Assembly: GCA_018781585.1 (NCBI GenBank)
Contig: JADMJT010000006.1
Span: forward strand, 11,116-75,115
Reading direction: 5' to 3'
DNA: 64,000 nt
Origin: Burkholderiales bacterium
Lineage (GTDB): Bacteria; Pseudomonadota; Gammaproteobacteria; Burkholderiales; Thiobacteraceae
In this document: one piece after another, positions 1-11,508 of the stretch
Layout: each line of letters starts with the position of its first letter
Numbering within the stretch: the first letter of the stretch is position 1
Position numbers and translations under genes: made by a program
Notes under the pieces: model-generated
What the model was told of the DNA's origin: nothing
Database searches by the model: none
What the model saw: the letters and a program-made list of their open reading frames with translations, nothing else

Positions 1-1567
1 GGGACGCGCCATTACCGATGTCCTCAGCCCGAATTAAATCTGTAACATTTTCATTTTTAAGGTAAATATTTCCGCCATCGAAGCGCACATCGAGACTGGC
101 GGCCAGCCCGGCCAAGCGCTCATCATCGAATGCGATGCCGCCTTTAACCGCCGCCAAGGCCACTAATCGGTACAGCGCCCCGCTATCCAGATAGTGAAAT
201 CCCAGCTTCTCGGCCACCCGCTGCGCCACCGTGCCCTTACCGGAAGCGGAAGGGCCATCGATGGCAATCACGGCCACAGAAGACCGCGCAAGGCGTTGAA
301 ATACATCAAAATACTCAGGGAAAGTTTTGGCCACACACTTAGGATCATTGATGCGCACCGGCACCCCGCCCAAGGCGACGAGCGAGAAACACATCGCCAT
401 GCGGTGATCATCATAAGTATCGATCACGGCATGAGGAGTAAGGGATGCAGGGGGGGTGATGCGAATGAAATCGGCCCCTTCTTCCACGGTCGCGCCCACT
501 TTTCGCAACTCGGTGGCCATGGCATGGATGCGGTCGGTTTCTTTAACGCGCCAACTACCGATGTTGCGCAGCGTGGTCGTGCCGTCGGCGAACAATGCGG
601 CGACCGCGAGGGTCATCGCCGCGTCGGGGATATGGTTCAAGTCGGCATCGATGGCTTTCAGCCGTCCGTCGCCAGAGGCTTCGATCCAATGTTCGCCCAT
701 CGTGATGGTGGCGCCCATCTGTTGCAGCACCTCCACGAACCGCACATCACCCTGAATACTGGTCTTGCCCACGCCTTCTACCCGCACCGGCCCACCGCCG
801 ATCGCGCCAGCGGCGAGAAAATACGACGCGCTGGAAGCGTCACCCTCGACCTGGATCACGCCAGGACTGGTATAGCATTGCCCGCCGCGCACGATAAATT
901 CTTGCCAGCCGCGACGTTCGACCGTCACCCCGAAGCGCGCCATGAGATTCAGCGTGATCTCGATATACGGTTTGGAAATCAACTCGCCTACCACTTCCAC
1001 CGTGGTATCCGCCTGGGTTAGCGGAAGCGCCATCAACAACGCGGTCAGAAACTGGCTCGATACATTGCCTTTGATGCTGACCCGGCCACCAGCGTGGATC
1101 GTGGCGGGCTTAATCTCCAAAGGTGGAAAGCCGGGCTTACCCAGATAAGCGATATCCGCACCGAGTTGCGCCAAGGCATCCACCAGATCGCCGATTGGCC
1201 GCTCATGCATGCGTGGCACACCGGAAAGTTTGTAATGCCCATGGGACAGCGCCAGCGCGGCGGTGAGCGGACGGAATGCGGTGCCCGCGTTGCCCAAAAA
1301 CAATACTGCGTCCTTCACCGGAAATGCGCCGCCGATGCCATGCACGGTGTAATCGCGGCTCTCGCCCTGCTGTTGCCAATGCACCCCGAGCGCCTGTAAC
1401 GCCGCCAGCATGTGCTGCGTATCATCGGACGCGAGCAAGCCTTTGACTTCTGTCGCTCCGCTGGCTAGCGCCGCCAGAAGCAAGGTGCGATTGGAAATGC
1501 TTTTGGAGCCGGGCAATATAACCGTGCCGGCCATGCGAGAAATGGGTTGAAGATCGAGGAATTCCAT
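1..1567 (-). CDS. aroA: EPSP synthase (3-phosphoshikimate 1-carboxyvinyltransferase) fused in frame to cytidylate kinase; the 3-prime end runs off the window
   Basis: My own reverse-strand translation from the ATG at 1567 reads [34 protein letters not shown]...[11 protein letters not shown]...[14 protein letters not shown]...[17 protein letters not shown]. It then continues with no stop into [37 protein letters not shown], the cytidylate kinase P-loop. The ORF is missing from the track because it has no stop inside the window. Confidence 0.85.
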   Translation of the reverse strand, partial: MEFLDLQPISRMAGTVILPGSKSISNRTLLLAALASGATEVKGLLASDDTQHMLAALQALGVHWQQQGESRDYTVHGIGGAFPVKDAVLFLGNAGTAFRPLTAALALSHGHYKLSGVPRMHERPIGDLVDALAQLGADIAYLGKPGFPPLEIKPATIHAGGRVSIKGNVSSQFLTALLMALPLTQADTTVEVVGELISKPYIEITLNLMARFGVTVERRGWQEFIVRGGQCYTSPGVIQVEGDASSASYFLAAGAIGGGPVRVEGVGKTSIQGDVRFVEVLQQMGATITMGEHWIEASGDGRLKAIDADLNHIPDAAMTLAVAALFADGTTTLRNIGSWRVKETDRIHAMATELRKVGATVEEGADFIRITPPASLTPHAVIDTYDDHRMAMCFSLVALGGVPVRINDPKCVAKTFPEYFDVFQRLARSSVAVIAIDGPSASGKGTVAQRVAEKLGFHYLDSGALYRLVALAAVKGGIAFDDERLAGLAASLDVRFDGGNIYLKNENVTDLIRAEDIGNGAS

Positions 1568-1579
1568 GCGGCAAACGCG

Positions 1580-2437
1580 TTAATGCTTGAGATGTTTTTG
1601 TCGTGCGTCGCGGGCTGCGACAAATAACTGCGCTAACGCGGCGCTATCCCCACGTTCGATCAATTGCTTGATCCGCGCCAACTCGGCTTCATAACCTGCG
1701 AGTTGCTGCAACAGCGCATCACGATTGGCCAGACAGATATCGCGCCACATTTCCGGGCTGCTGCCGGCAATACGAGTGAAATCGCGAAAACCGCTGGCGG
1801 CGAAGCCGAACAAAGCTTCGGCATTCGGCTGTGCGGCGATATAGTCGACTAAGCCAAACGCCAATAGATGCGGCAAATGGCTCACTGCGGCAAACACTTC
1901 ATCATGCAGTGCGGGCGCCATCTCAGAAACCTTTGCGCCGCAACTTTGCCATAACTGGGCGATCAATTCCTTGGCGGCCGGATTCGTTTCAGGCAAAGGC
2001 GTCAACACCACATTGCGCTCGCGAAACAAATCACCCCGCGCCGCTTTCACACCGCTCTGCTCTGCCCCAGCGATCGGATGCCCCGGCACGAAATGCGTTA
2101 AATGCTGAGACAAATTCGCACGCGCCAGCGCCACTACATCCTGTTTGGTACTACCCACATCGGTCACGATTGTGTTCGGCGCGAGATACGGGGCAATTGC
2201 CGACATCATCGCCCCCATTTGTCCCACCGGGACCGCCAGTAGCACCACATCCGCGCCTTGCACGGCCTGTGCTGCTTCGGCATAGGCGTCGATCACGTAC
2301 ATGCCGAGTGCAGCGCTTAAATTTTCTGCGCTACGTCCTACCCCCACCACCTCACGCACCAAGCCCGCTTCGCGCAAAGCCAGTGCGAAGGAACCGCCGA
2401 TGAGGCCGACGCCGATGAGGGTGAGTTTATTAATCAT
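1580..2437 (-). CDS. tyrA: prephenate/arogenate dehydrogenase
   Basis: Track ORF 1580..2632, trimmed to the internal start MINKLTLIGVGLIGGSFALAL (Rossmann GxGxxG). That start lies 11 nt after the upstream gene stop. Sits in an aromatic amino-acid gene context. Confidence 0.85.
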   Translation of the reverse strand: MINKLTLIGVGLIGGSFALALREAGLVREVVGVGRSAENLSAALGMYVIDAYAEAAQAVQGADVVLLAVPVGQMGAMMSAIAPYLAPNTIVTDVGSTKQDVVALARANLSQHLTHFVPGHPIAGAEQSGVKAARGDLFRERNVVLTPLPETNPAAKELIAQLWQSCGAKVSEMAPALHDEVFAAVSHLPHLLAFGLVDYIAAQPNAEALFGFAASGFRDFTRIAGSSPEMWRDICLANRDALLQQLAGYEAELARIKQLIERGDSAALAQLFVAARDARQKHLKH

Positions 2438-2448
2438 TTTCGAACGTC

Positions 2449-3465
2449 TTAAATACTCCGCCCGATCACCTGCGCGATGCCCGCCAACTCGCCCATGAGT
2501 TGCTTCAATTCGTTCGGGTCCAGCGCTTGATCCGCGTCGCACCACGCTTCGCACGGCTTGGGATGCATCTCCACCAGTAAGCCATCGGCCCCTGCGGCAA
2601 TCGCCGCGCGCGACAAGGCGGGCACCATCCACGCTTTGCCACCCGCATGCGAGGGATCGACGATCACCGGCAAGTGGGTTTCTTTTTTCAGCACCGGGAT
2701 CGCGGTCACATCCAGCACATTGCGGTAGTAGGTCTCATAGGTGCGGATACCGCGCTCGCAGAAAATGATGTTGTGGTTGCCGCCGGCCGCGATATATTCC
2801 GCCGCCATCAGCCATTCGGAGATGGTCGCCGACATGCCGCGCTTGAGAATGACGGGCGTACTGATCTTGCCGACTTCTTTCAGCAAATCGAAATTCTGCA
2901 TATTGCGTGTGCCGATTTGAATCACATCCACTTTGTACTCAAGGAAAGTGTCGAGCATGCGCACATCCATCAATTCGGTCACGATGGGCAGGCCTTGCGC
3001 ATCGGCCGCTTTGCGGAACAAGTCGAGGCCTTCCACGCCCTTGCCCTGGAAGGCATAGGGGCTGGTACGCGGTTTGAATGCACCGCCGCGCATCAAACGA
3101 CAGCCGGCGGCTTTGACGAATTTGGCTGACTGCTCCATTTGATCTTGCGTTTCCACCGAACAGGGGCCGGCAATGATTTGAATTTGCTTCCCGCCCAAGG
3201 GCACGCCCTTGATGTCGATGACCGTATTTTCCTTATGCCACTCGCGCGCCACGATCTTGTAAGGTTTGACGATGTGCATGGAATTCTCGACGCCGGGCAG
3301 CGCATCGATCATTTCCTGATCCAGCTTGCGCTCGTCGCCGATGGCGCCGATGACGGTGCGCTCTGTGCCGCGCGAAACATTGGCATCGAGGCCGAATTCC
3401 TTGATCTTTTTGACGACGCCCTCGATTTGCGCATCCGATGCGCCATTTTCCATTACGATAATCAT
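2449..3465 (-). CDS. 3-deoxy-7-phosphoheptulonate (DAHP) synthase, type I-beta with an N-terminal regulatory domain
   Basis: 338 aa. The catalytic region reads QIIAGPCSVE...LMRGGAFKPRTSPYAFQG...KRGMSATI...IVDPSH. It is preceded by an extension of about 70 aa (MIIVMENGASDAQIEGVVKKIKEFG). Confidence 0.8.
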   Translation of the reverse strand: MIIVMENGASDAQIEGVVKKIKEFGLDANVSRGTERTVIGAIGDERKLDQEMIDALPGVENSMHIVKPYKIVAREWHKENTVIDIKGVPLGGKQIQIIAGPCSVETQDQMEQSAKFVKAAGCRLMRGGAFKPRTSPYAFQGKGVEGLDLFRKAADAQGLPIVTELMDVRMLDTFLEYKVDVIQIGTRNMQNFDLLKEVGKISTPVILKRGMSATISEWLMAAEYIAAGGNHNIIFCERGIRTYETYYRNVLDVTAIPVLKKETHLPVIVDPSHAGGKAWMVPALSRAAIAAGADGLLVEMHPKPCEAWCDADQALDPNELKQLMGELAGIAQVIGRSI

Positions 3466-3480
3466 GATCTATATCCTTAA

Positions 3481-4581
3481 TTATTCCTGTATCGCGTCGG
3501 TTAACGCGCTTAAAAATTTCTGGTTTTCCGCTTCCAGGCCGATGCTGACGCGCAAATACTCCGGCATGCCGTAATTCGCCACGGGGCGCACGATGACGCC
3601 CCGCTTCAGCAAGCGTTGATACATCGCGGTCGCGTTGCCGATGCGGAAGCTCAAAAAATTCCCGCACGAGGGAATGTAACCCAATTTGAGCTTATTCAAT
3701 CCAGCGGTGATTTGCTGCATCCCTGCCGCATTCAATGCGACGCTGTTGCGCAAATGCGCCACATCGCCCAGTGCCGCGATCGCCGCCGCTTGCGCCACAC
3801 TGCTCACGTTAAACGGCTGGCGCACGCGATTCAGCATCGACGCCACCTCTTGATGCGCCAAGGCAAAACCCACGCGCAGGCCGGCTAAGCCATATGCCTT
3901 GGAAAAAGTGCGCGCGATCAGCAGATTCGGAAAACGCTTTAGCCAGCCCACACTATCCGGCGCCACCTCGGGTGCTAAGTATTCGTAATAGGCTTCGTCC
4001 AGCACGATCAGCACTTCGCGCGGTACTTGCTCGATGAAGCCCAGCAACCCATCGGGCGCAAGCATGGTGCCCGTCGGGTTGTTGGGATTGGCGAGGAATA
4101 CCAAACGCGTCGTCTCCTCGATCGCTTCCAACATCGCCTTCGGGTCATTGCCAAAATCCTGGGCGGGCACTTCGATCCCGCGCGCACCCACCGCTTGCAC
4201 CACCAAGGGATACACGGCAAACGCATGTTGCGAATATACGGCGGATAGACCCGGCGCTAAAAAAGCCCGCGCCGCAAATTCCAGCACGTCGTTCGATCCA
4301 TTGCCGAGCACGACCTGCGACGGCAGCACGCCATATTTTTTGGCGAGTGCGGTTTTTAGTTCGAAACCGTTGCCGTCGGGATAACGCGCCAAATCGGGCA
4401 AGCAGCGCTCAATCGCTTTGATCGCCTGCGGGCTTGGCCCGAGCGGGTTTTCATTCGACGCCAACTTGACGATATCCTGCTCGCGCAATCCCATTTCGCG
4501 CGCAAGCTCGGCGATGGGCTTACCCGGCTGATAAGGTGCAATCGCCCGGATATAAGCGGGCGCGAGATCACATAGGTCCAT
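3481..4581 (-). CDS. hisC: histidinol-phosphate / aromatic aminotransferase (class II PLP enzyme)
   Basis: 366 aa with LASNENPLGPSP, LGNGSNDVLE and RTFSKAYGLAGLRVG (PLP lysine motif). Confidence 0.85.
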   Translation of the reverse strand: MDLCDLAPAYIRAIAPYQPGKPIAELAREMGLREQDIVKLASNENPLGPSPQAIKAIERCLPDLARYPDGNGFELKTALAKKYGVLPSQVVLGNGSNDVLEFAARAFLAPGLSAVYSQHAFAVYPLVVQAVGARGIEVPAQDFGNDPKAMLEAIEETTRLVFLANPNNPTGTMLAPDGLLGFIEQVPREVLIVLDEAYYEYLAPEVAPDSVGWLKRFPNLLIARTFSKAYGLAGLRVGFALAHQEVASMLNRVRQPFNVSSVAQAAAIAALGDVAHLRNSVALNAAGMQQITAGLNKLKLGYIPSCGNFLSFRIGNATAMYQRLLKRGVIVRPVANYGMPEYLRVSIGLEAENQKFLSALTDAIQE

Positions 4582-4622
4582 GGTTTAATATTTTCAGCGC
4601 ACAAAGCGACAATGCGGTTAAA

Positions 4623-5687
4623 TCAGATCACTGCCACGGGATAAGAACCCAAGATTTTCAGGAACGGCGCTAATCCCTTCAACTCGCTCAATGCTTGGGC
4701 CACCGGGGCATCTTCCTGGTGGCCTTCGACATCGACGTAAAACACATATTCCCATTTACCCGCGCCACTGGGACGTGATTCGAGCTTGGTCATGGAGACG
4801 CCGTTGCGCGCGAAGGGCCCGAGCAGATCATGCATCGCGCCGGGTTGATTCGGCGCCGCCATCACCAGCGAGGTTTTGTCGCGGCCGGAGCGGCCCGCAT
4901 CGTGCGCGCCCAACACCAAGAAGCGCGTGGTGTTATTGGGTTCGTCCTCGATGTTGCGGGCGAGCGGGGTGAGGCCGTAAATCTCCGCCGCGGTCTCGCC
5001 GGCGATGGCCGCACTAGTAGGCTCTGATGCCGCCAGCTTAGCCGCTTCGGCGTTGCTACCCACGGTGATGCGCGCGACAGCGGGTAAATTTTTATTCAGC
5101 CACTCATGGCATTGCGCAAACGATTGAGCATGGGAATAGAGCTTGGTAATGCCCGCCATGCCATCCTCTTTACGCAACAGGTACTGGTGCACGCGCACCA
5201 CGACTTCGCCACAAATCATCAACGGGGTATTGAGCAATAAATCCAAGGTGCGGCCGATTGCGCCCTCGGTGGAATTTTCCACCGGCACAACCGCATACGC
5301 GGCCATGCCGGACTCCACTTTGCGAAACACCTCATCAATCGATGCGCAATCGGTCGTATCGGCGGCATGGCCGAAATGCTTGATCGCCGCCGCTTGGCTG
5401 AAGGTGCCTTGCGGCCCCAAATAGGCGACCGACAGGGGTTGTTCAAGGGCCAGGCAAGCCGACATGATTTCGCGAAACAATCTAGCGGTCGTTTCGCTTG
5501 AAAGTGGCCCAGGGTTGGCTTCTTTGACGCGGCGCAAGACTTGCGCTTCACGTTCTGGCCGATAAATATTGCCTTGTTTTAAACGGCCGATGGTCTGGGC
5601 GATCAGCGCGCGCCTGCTGATGAGCTTTAATAGCTCATCATCAATCTGATCAATTTCCGTGCGTAGCTTTTGCAGATCGTCCGACAT
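4623..5687 (-). CDS. pheA: bifunctional chorismate mutase / prephenate dehydratase (P-protein)
   Basis: 354 aa. N-terminal CM_2 helix (LRTEIDQIDDELLKLISRRA), a PDT domain (YLGPQGTFSQAAA) and a C-terminal ACT domain with the ESRP motif (KLESRPS). Confidence 0.9.
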   Translation of the reverse strand: MSDDLQKLRTEIDQIDDELLKLISRRALIAQTIGRLKQGNIYRPEREAQVLRRVKEANPGPLSSETTARLFREIMSACLALEQPLSVAYLGPQGTFSQAAAIKHFGHAADTTDCASIDEVFRKVESGMAAYAVVPVENSTEGAIGRTLDLLLNTPLMICGEVVVRVHQYLLRKEDGMAGITKLYSHAQSFAQCHEWLNKNLPAVARITVGSNAEAAKLAASEPTSAAIAGETAAEIYGLTPLARNIEDEPNNTTRFLVLGAHDAGRSGRDKTSLVMAAPNQPGAMHDLLGPFARNGVSMTKLESRPSGAGKWEYVFYVDVEGHQEDAPVAQALSELKGLAPFLKILGSYPVAVI

Positions 5688-5696
5688 ACCGGTTCA

Positions 5697-6869
5697 CTAG
5701 AGTGAGCGTACCATCAACACGCCCTTTATCGCGGCGATCTTATCGATCACTGCCTGCGGCGGGGCACTGTCCACATCCACCAAGGTGTAAGCCATCTCCC
5801 CTTTGGATTTGTTGACCATGTTATGAATATTGAGGCCGGAATCAGCCAGCGCAGTCGAGATCTGCCCCACCATGTTCGGCACATTGGCATTCGCTACCGC
5901 GATGCGAAATGGCGACTCGCGCTGCATGGACACATTGGGGAAATTCACCGAATTGAGCACGTTGCCGTTTTCCAAAAAATCGCGCACTTGTTCGGCGACC
6001 ATAATGGCGCAATTGTCTTCGGCTTCCTCGGTCGAGGCGCCAAGATGCGGCAAGGCAACCACTTTCGGATTGCCCTTGAGCGTGTTCGAAGGGAAGTCGC
6101 ACATATAGCCGCGCAACTGCCCGTTGGCCAAGCCTTCGACCACAGCCTTATCGTCTACGATGCCTTCACGCGAAAAATTCAGCAGCACGGTGCCGGGTTT
6201 CATCAGCGCGATGCGCGCGCTGTCGATCAGGTTGCGCGTGGCGTCCAGCAACGGCACATGCAGCGAAATAAAATCGCTGTTCTTTACCACTTCTTCCACA
6301 CTGTTCGCTTTGGTCACCGTAGCGGGTAAGCGCCAGGCCGCTTCGACGGTAATTTCGGGATCGTAGCCCAGCACATTCATGCCGAGCTTGATGCCGGCAT
6401 CCGCCACCAAGGAACCGATGGCGCCCAGGCCGATCACGCCCAAGGTGCGATTGGGCAATTCGATCCCCGCGTAATTTTTCTTGCCCGCTTCCACCGCCTT
6501 GGACATCGCGGCATCTTCGCCCGTAAGGCTATTGGTGAAATTCCAAGCGGGAATCAAGTTGCGTGCGGCCATCAGCATGCCGGCGATCACCAGTTCCTTC
6601 ACCGCGTTGGCGTTGGCGCCCGGCGCGTTAAACACCGGCACCCCGCGTTCGCTCATTTTGGCCACGGGTACATTGTTGGTGCCGGCGCCGGCGCGCGCGA
6701 TGGCTTTCACACTCGCCGGAATCGTCATGTCGTGCATCTTGAATGATCGCACCAAAATGGCGTCCGGTTCGGCAATGTCGTTGCCGATTACATAGTGGTC
6801 GGCCGGCAGGCGCGACAGGCCCTGCACCGAGATGTTGTTGAGGGTTTGAATTTGGAATTTCTTAGCCAT
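5697..6869 (-). CDS. serA: D-3-phosphoglycerate dehydrogenase (2-hydroxyacid dehydrogenase with C-terminal ACT)
   Basis: 390 aa. NAD site [13 protein letters not shown], a catalytic-region HLGAST motif and an ACT-like tail. Overlaps the serC stop by 8 nt. Confidence 0.8.
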   Translation of the reverse strand: MAKKFQIQTLNNISVQGLSRLPADHYVIGNDIAEPDAILVRSFKMHDMTIPASVKAIARAGAGTNNVPVAKMSERGVPVFNAPGANANAVKELVIAGMLMAARNLIPAWNFTNSLTGEDAAMSKAVEAGKKNYAGIELPNRTLGVIGLGAIGSLVADAGIKLGMNVLGYDPEITVEAAWRLPATVTKANSVEEVVKNSDFISLHVPLLDATRNLIDSARIALMKPGTVLLNFSREGIVDDKAVVEGLANGQLRGYMCDFPSNTLKGNPKVVALPHLGASTEEAEDNCAIMVAEQVRDFLENGNVLNSVNFPNVSMQRESPFRIAVANANVPNMVGQISTALADSGLNIHNMVNKSKGEMAYTLVDVDSAPPQAVIDKIAAIKGVLMVRSL

Positions 6870-7944
6870 GCTGTTTCTCGAAAGCTTTCATGTGTTCAAC
6901 CAAAGCGCGTACGCCATCGATCGGCATCGCGTTGTAAATCGAAGCGCGCATCCCGCCCACCGAGCGGTGGCCCTTGAGTTGCACCAGGCCGCGTGCTTTC
7001 GCGCCTTTGAGGAAGGCTTCATCCAGCGCCGCATCCTTCAGGGTGAACGGAATATTCATGCGCGAGCGATTTTCTTTCGCGGTCGGACAATGATAGAAGC
7101 GGGTTGCATCCAGATAGTCATACAGCACATTGGCTTTGGCGAGGTTGTGGCTTTCCATCGCGGCGAGCCCGCCATTGTGCTTTAACAACTTGAACACCAA
7201 ACCCGCGATGTAGATAGCGTAGGTCGGCGGCGTGTTGTACATGGATTCGTTGTCGGCATGGATCTTGTAATCGAGCATGCTCGGTGTACCCGCGACGGTT
7301 TCGCCCAGCAAATCCTCGCGCACGATCACGATGGTCAGACCCGCCGGGCCGATGTTTTTCTGCGCACCGGCATAGATCACGCCGTATTTCGACACGTCGA
7401 TCGGCTTCGATAAAATGTTGGAGGACATGTCCGCCACCAGCGGCACATTGCCCGTCTGCGGCACCCAATGAAACTCGACGCCACCGATGGTTTCATTCGG
7501 CGTGTAGTGCACATAGGCCGCGTTGGCATCGAGCGACCATTTATCCTGGGTGGGCGCGTAGGAAAAATTCTTGTCTTCGGATGTGGCCGCGACATTCACC
7601 GCACAAAACTTCTTCGCTTCCTTGATGGCCTTTTTCGACCATTCACCGGTATTCACATAGTCCGCGCTGTTTTTGCCGCGCAGCAGATTCATCGGCACCA
7701 TGGCGAACTGAGTCGATGCGCCGCCTTGCAAGAACAACACTTTGTAGTGGGCAGGAATCGCCAGCAGCTCGCGCAAATCGGCTTCGGCCTGCGCCGCGAT
7801 GCCCATGAATTCCTTGCCGCGATGGCTCATCTCCATCACCGACATGCCGCAGCCTTGCCAGTTGAGCAGTTCATCGCGCGCTTGTTCGAGTACCTGCTGT
7901 GGCAATACCGCCGGACCTGCGCTGAAGTTATAAATACGTTCCAT
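6862..7944 (-). CDS. serC: phosphoserine aminotransferase
   Basis: 360 aa. Reads [22 protein letters not shown]...[10 protein letters not shown]...[12 protein letters not shown] (PLP lysine). The start overlaps the gyrA stop (TAATG). Confidence 0.9.
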   Translation of the reverse strand: MERIYNFSAGPAVLPQQVLEQARDELLNWQGCGMSVMEMSHRGKEFMGIAAQAEADLRELLAIPAHYKVLFLQGGASTQFAMVPMNLLRGKNSADYVNTGEWSKKAIKEAKKFCAVNVAATSEDKNFSYAPTQDKWSLDANAAYVHYTPNETIGGVEFHWVPQTGNVPLVADMSSNILSKPIDVSKYGVIYAGAQKNIGPAGLTIVIVREDLLGETVAGTPSMLDYKIHADNESMYNTPPTYAIYIAGLVFKLLKHNGGLAAMESHNLAKANVLYDYLDATRFYHCPTAKENRSRMNIPFTLKDAALDEAFLKGAKARGLVQLKGHRSVGGMRASIYNAMPIDGVRALVEHMKAFEKQHG

Positions 7945-10505
7945 TACTCGTTCCCCTCTCCCTCTTCTACATCCGTCTCGACGATGCGCTGCAAGCTGAC
8001 CAGCTTCTCGCCTTCGCCGGTATTAATCAGGGTGACGCCCTGCGTGGCGCGCCCCATTTCGCGAATCTCTTTCACCCGGGTGCGGATCAGCACGCCGCCG
8101 GTCGTGATCAACATGATCTCGTCGTTCTCGTCCGCCAGCGTCGCCGCCACCACCGGGCCGTTACGCGCGCTGGTTTGAATCGCGATCATGCCTTGGGTGC
8201 CGCGCGCGTGGCGGGTGTATTCGGTGATCGGGGTGCGCTTGCCGTAGCCGTTCTCGGTCGCCGTCAACACGGATTGGGTTTCGCTTTCCGCCACCAACAT
8301 CGAGATAACTTTCTGCCCCTCAGCCAAGCGCATGCCGCGTACGCCATGCGCGCCGCGACCCATCGGACGCACGTCGGATTCCTCGAAACGTACGGCTTTG
8401 CCGCCGTTGGAGAACAACATCACATCGTGCTTGCCATCGGTAATGGCCGCGCCCACCAGATAGTCGCCGTCGTCCAAGGACACCGCGATAATGCCGCTGG
8501 TGCGGGGACGCGAGAAATCGGTCAACGGGGTCTTCTTCACTGTGCCCATGGCGGTCGCCATAAAGACATAGTGCAGCTCGTCGAATTCCTTGACCGGCAG
8601 CAGCGCGGTGATCTTCTCGCGGTCTTCCAGCGGCAGCAGATTCACAATCGGCTTGCCGCGCGAAATGCGGCTACCCTGCGGCACGTCGTAAACCTTGATC
8701 CAATACACGCGGCCACGATTGGAGAAACACAAAATGTAATCGTGGGTATTGGCGATGAAAAGATTATCGATGAAGTCGTCTTCCTTGGTAGGGGCAGCTT
8801 GCTTGCCGCGCCCACCGCGCTTCTGGGCGCGGTATTCCACCAGCGGTTGCGATTTCATATAACCCGTGTGCGAGAGCGTCACCACGACCTCTTCCGGCGT
8901 GATGAGGTCTTCCATCGAGATGTCTTGTGCATTGTGCACAATCTCGCTCTTACGCTTATCGCCGTACTGCGCTTTGACCTGCCCCAACTCGTCGGTGATG
9001 ATTTGGGTGATGCGCGCGGGCTTGGCGAGGATGTCGATGAAATCAGCAATCTTCTCCAACACGTCTTTGTACTCGGCGACAATTTTGTCTTGCTCCAGGC
9101 CGGTCAAACGCTGCAAACGCAATTCCAGAATCGCCTGCGCTTGGGTATCGGAGAGACGATAGCCTTGTTGCGTCATCCCGAAATCGGCGGACAGCCCTTC
9201 GGGGCGGCTCGCGGCGGCATCGGCCACGGCGCGCGCTAGCATGTCCCCCACCAAGTTGGAGGCCCAGGTTTTATCCATCAAACGCTCTTTGGCGATCGCG
9301 GGCGTCTCAGACGCTTTGATCAGAGCGATAATTTCGTCCACGTTGGACAGCGCCACGGCCAGGCCTTCCAAAATGTGGCCGCGTTCACGCGCCTTGCGCA
9401 ATTCGAAAATCGTGCGCCGCGTCACCACCTCGCGCCGATGGCGCAAGAAGGCATCCAACATTTGCTTCAGATTTAAGAGGCGCGGCTGGCCGTCGACCAG
9501 CGCGACCATATTCATGCCGAAGGTGTCTTGCATCGGGGTGAGCTTGTACAGATTATTGAGCACCACCTCGGGCATTTCGCCGCGCTTTAACTCGATCACC
9601 ACGCGCATGCCGGACTTATCTGACTCGTCGCGCAAATCGGAGAGACCTTCCAGCCGCTTTTCACGCACCAACTCGCCAATCTTGATCAGCAGATTGGCTT
9701 TGTTCACTTGGTAGGGCAACTCATCGATGATGATCGATTGACGGCCTTTCTCTAAATCTTCGAAATGTGTGCGGGCGCGCATCACCACCCGGCCTTTGCC
9801 GGTGCGATAGCCTTCTTTGACGCCCGCCGTGCCGTAGATGATGCCGGCGGTGGGGAAATCCGGCGCGGGCACGATCTCGATCAATTCGTCGATGGTGATG
9901 GCCGGATTAGCGAGGATCGCCAAACAAGCATCCACCACCTCGGTCAAATTGTGCGGCGGAATATTGGTGGCCATACCCACAGCGATGCCCGACGACCCGT
10001 TCACCAACAGGTTCGGCGTCTTGGTGGGGAGTACCGTCGGCTCCATTTCCTTGCCGTCGTAGTTGGGCACGAAATCGACCGTTTCCTTGTCGATATCCGC
10101 CAGCAATTCGGACGTGATGCGCGCTTGACGACACTCGGTGTAACGATAAGCGGCAGGGGAATCGCCGTCGATCGAGCCGAAGTTGCCTTGGCCGTCGATC
10201 AGCATGTAGCGCATGGAGAAATCCTGCGCCATGCGCACCAGCGCATCGTAGGTCGCCGTATCGCCATGCGGATGATATTTACCCAGCACGTCACCGACGA
10301 CGCGCGCGCACTTCACATACGGCCGGTTCCACACATTATTCGACTCGTGCATCGCAAATAAAACGCGGCGATGCACCGGCTTCAGTCCGTCTCGCACATC
10401 GGGCAAGGCCCGCCCCACAATTACGCTCATCGCATAATCGAGGTAGGAATTGCGCATCTCTGCTTCAAGGCTTACCGGAATTGTCTCTTTAGCGAATTGA
10501 TCCAT
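7944..10505 (-). CDS. gyrA: DNA gyrase subunit A
   Basis: 853 aa. Reads [28 protein letters not shown] and the QRDR-like [17 protein letters not shown], with repeated C-terminal beta-pinwheel blades. Confidence 0.97.
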   Translation of the reverse strand: MDQFAKETIPVSLEAEMRNSYLDYAMSVIVGRALPDVRDGLKPVHRRVLFAMHESNNVWNRPYVKCARVVGDVLGKYHPHGDTATYDALVRMAQDFSMRYMLIDGQGNFGSIDGDSPAAYRYTECRQARITSELLADIDKETVDFVPNYDGKEMEPTVLPTKTPNLLVNGSSGIAVGMATNIPPHNLTEVVDACLAILANPAITIDELIEIVPAPDFPTAGIIYGTAGVKEGYRTGKGRVVMRARTHFEDLEKGRQSIIIDELPYQVNKANLLIKIGELVREKRLEGLSDLRDESDKSGMRVVIELKRGEMPEVVLNNLYKLTPMQDTFGMNMVALVDGQPRLLNLKQMLDAFLRHRREVVTRRTIFELRKARERGHILEGLAVALSNVDEIIALIKASETPAIAKERLMDKTWASNLVGDMLARAVADAAASRPEGLSADFGMTQQGYRLSDTQAQAILELRLQRLTGLEQDKIVAEYKDVLEKIADFIDILAKPARITQIITDELGQVKAQYGDKRKSEIVHNAQDISMEDLITPEEVVVTLSHTGYMKSQPLVEYRAQKRGGRGKQAAPTKEDDFIDNLFIANTHDYILCFSNRGRVYWIKVYDVPQGSRISRGKPIVNLLPLEDREKITALLPVKEFDELHYVFMATAMGTVKKTPLTDFSRPRTSGIIAVSLDDGDYLVGAAITDGKHDVMLFSNGGKAVRFEESDVRPMGRGAHGVRGMRLAEGQKVISMLVAESETQSVLTATENGYGKRTPITEYTRHARGTQGMIAIQTSARNGPVVAATLADENDEIMLITTGGVLIRTRVKEIREMGRATQGVTLINTGEGEKLVSLQRIVETDVEEGEGNE

Positions 10506-10733
10506 ATTTATCAGTTACTTATATTGTATCCGCCAGGACGGCGGAGGGACGGAATCAAAGTTGAAGATTGTAACACGAGCCCCCTTCCCCAGCCAGACTC
10601 CCACTACCGGCTCAAGTTTTAATGAGAAAACCCGTAAAGAAACCCGTACTTGAGTCTTGTAATTACAGCGTTATATAGTTAACATCCGCTCAAGTGTCCC
10701 CCCCAGTTACATAAGACAAAGAAAGGCCTCAAC

Positions 10734-11441
10734 ATGACAATTGCCAAAATATTGAAAAGCACTTCCAGCCTCCTGATCGCTCTCAGCTTAGGTCTAGGTG
10801 CAGGCGTAGCAACGGCCCACAGCGATGGCAAAGTCACGCCTGGCTATTTGCAAGACACCAACAGGCACGTGGTGAAAAACAATTTCGGCCAATGCTGGCG
10901 CACGGGCTCCTGGACGCCGGCCATGGCCATCGCCGAATGCGATCCCGATTTGGTTAAGAAAGAAGTGGTAGCCAAGAAGCCAGATACCGTGCCGGCACAA
11001 CCACTGATGCCGCCAAACCTCGGCCCGGACAAGCCCGCTTTTACCAAGATCAATCTGCAAGCCGAAACGCTATTCGATTTCGACAAAGCAGTGCTGCGCG
11101 CCGATGGCAAAAAAACCCTGGATGATGAAGTCGTCGCCAAGATGAAACAGTATCCGGAAGTGGAAGTGGTGTTGGTCACGGGTCACGCCGATCGCATCGG
11201 TTCGGAAAAATACAACAATAGTCTTTCTGATCGCCGTGCCGCCGCCGCCAAGGGCTATATCGTCAGCCAAGGCATTGATGCCAAACGCGTCGAAACCGTA
11301 GGCAAGGGTGAAGCCGAGCCTCTAGTCGATTGCAAGGACGTAAAAGGCCGTGAAAGCGGTAAGAACAAGAAGCTAGTTGAGTGCCTGCAACCCAACCGCC
11401 GCGTACTGGTGGAAGTCAAAGTTCAGGCGCCCGCCAAGTAA
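10734..11441 (+). CDS. OmpA-family (OmpA/MotB C-terminal domain) exported protein
   Basis: 235 aa. Signal peptide LLIALSLGLGAGVATA. OmpA_C motifs FDFDKAVLRADGK...GHADRIGSEKYNNSLSDRRAAA...NRRV. Confidence 0.85.
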   Translation: MTIAKILKSTSSLLIALSLGLGAGVATAHSDGKVTPGYLQDTNRHVVKNNFGQCWRTGSWTPAMAIAECDPDLVKKEVVAKKPDTVPAQPLMPPNLGPDKPAFTKINLQAETLFDFDKAVLRADGKKTLDDEVVAKMKQYPEVEVVLVTGHADRIGSEKYNNSLSDRRAAAAKGYIVSQGIDAKRVETVGKGEAEPLVDCKDVKGRESGKNKKLVECLQPNRRVLVEVKVQAPAK

Positions 11442-11460
11442 TCTCAATCCAAGCAATCTA

Positions 11461-11488
11461 GCCCCGCCATTGAGCGGGGCTTTTTTTT
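11461..11488 (+). terminator. rho-independent terminator after the ompA-like gene
   Basis: GCCCCGC-cattga-GCGGGGC stem-loop followed by eight T residues. Confidence 0.85.
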
Positions 11489-11508
11489 GAGTTCGCCGTG
11501 GCAACATC

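Noticed and set aside
194-1021. 275-aa plus-strand ORF in the track
   Set aside because: It lies antisense to a full-length EPSP synthase reading frame. Its Arg/Gly/His-rich composition is typical of a shadow ORF in high-GC DNA.
1580-2632. Long (350 aa) version of the tyrA ORF
   Set aside because: The first 65 codons overlap the upstream DAHP synthase gene and encode an Arg/Gly-rich non-homologous extension. The Rossmann fold starts right after the internal Met at 2437.
8175-9239. 354-aa plus-strand ORF
   Set aside because: Antisense shadow ORF inside gyrA.
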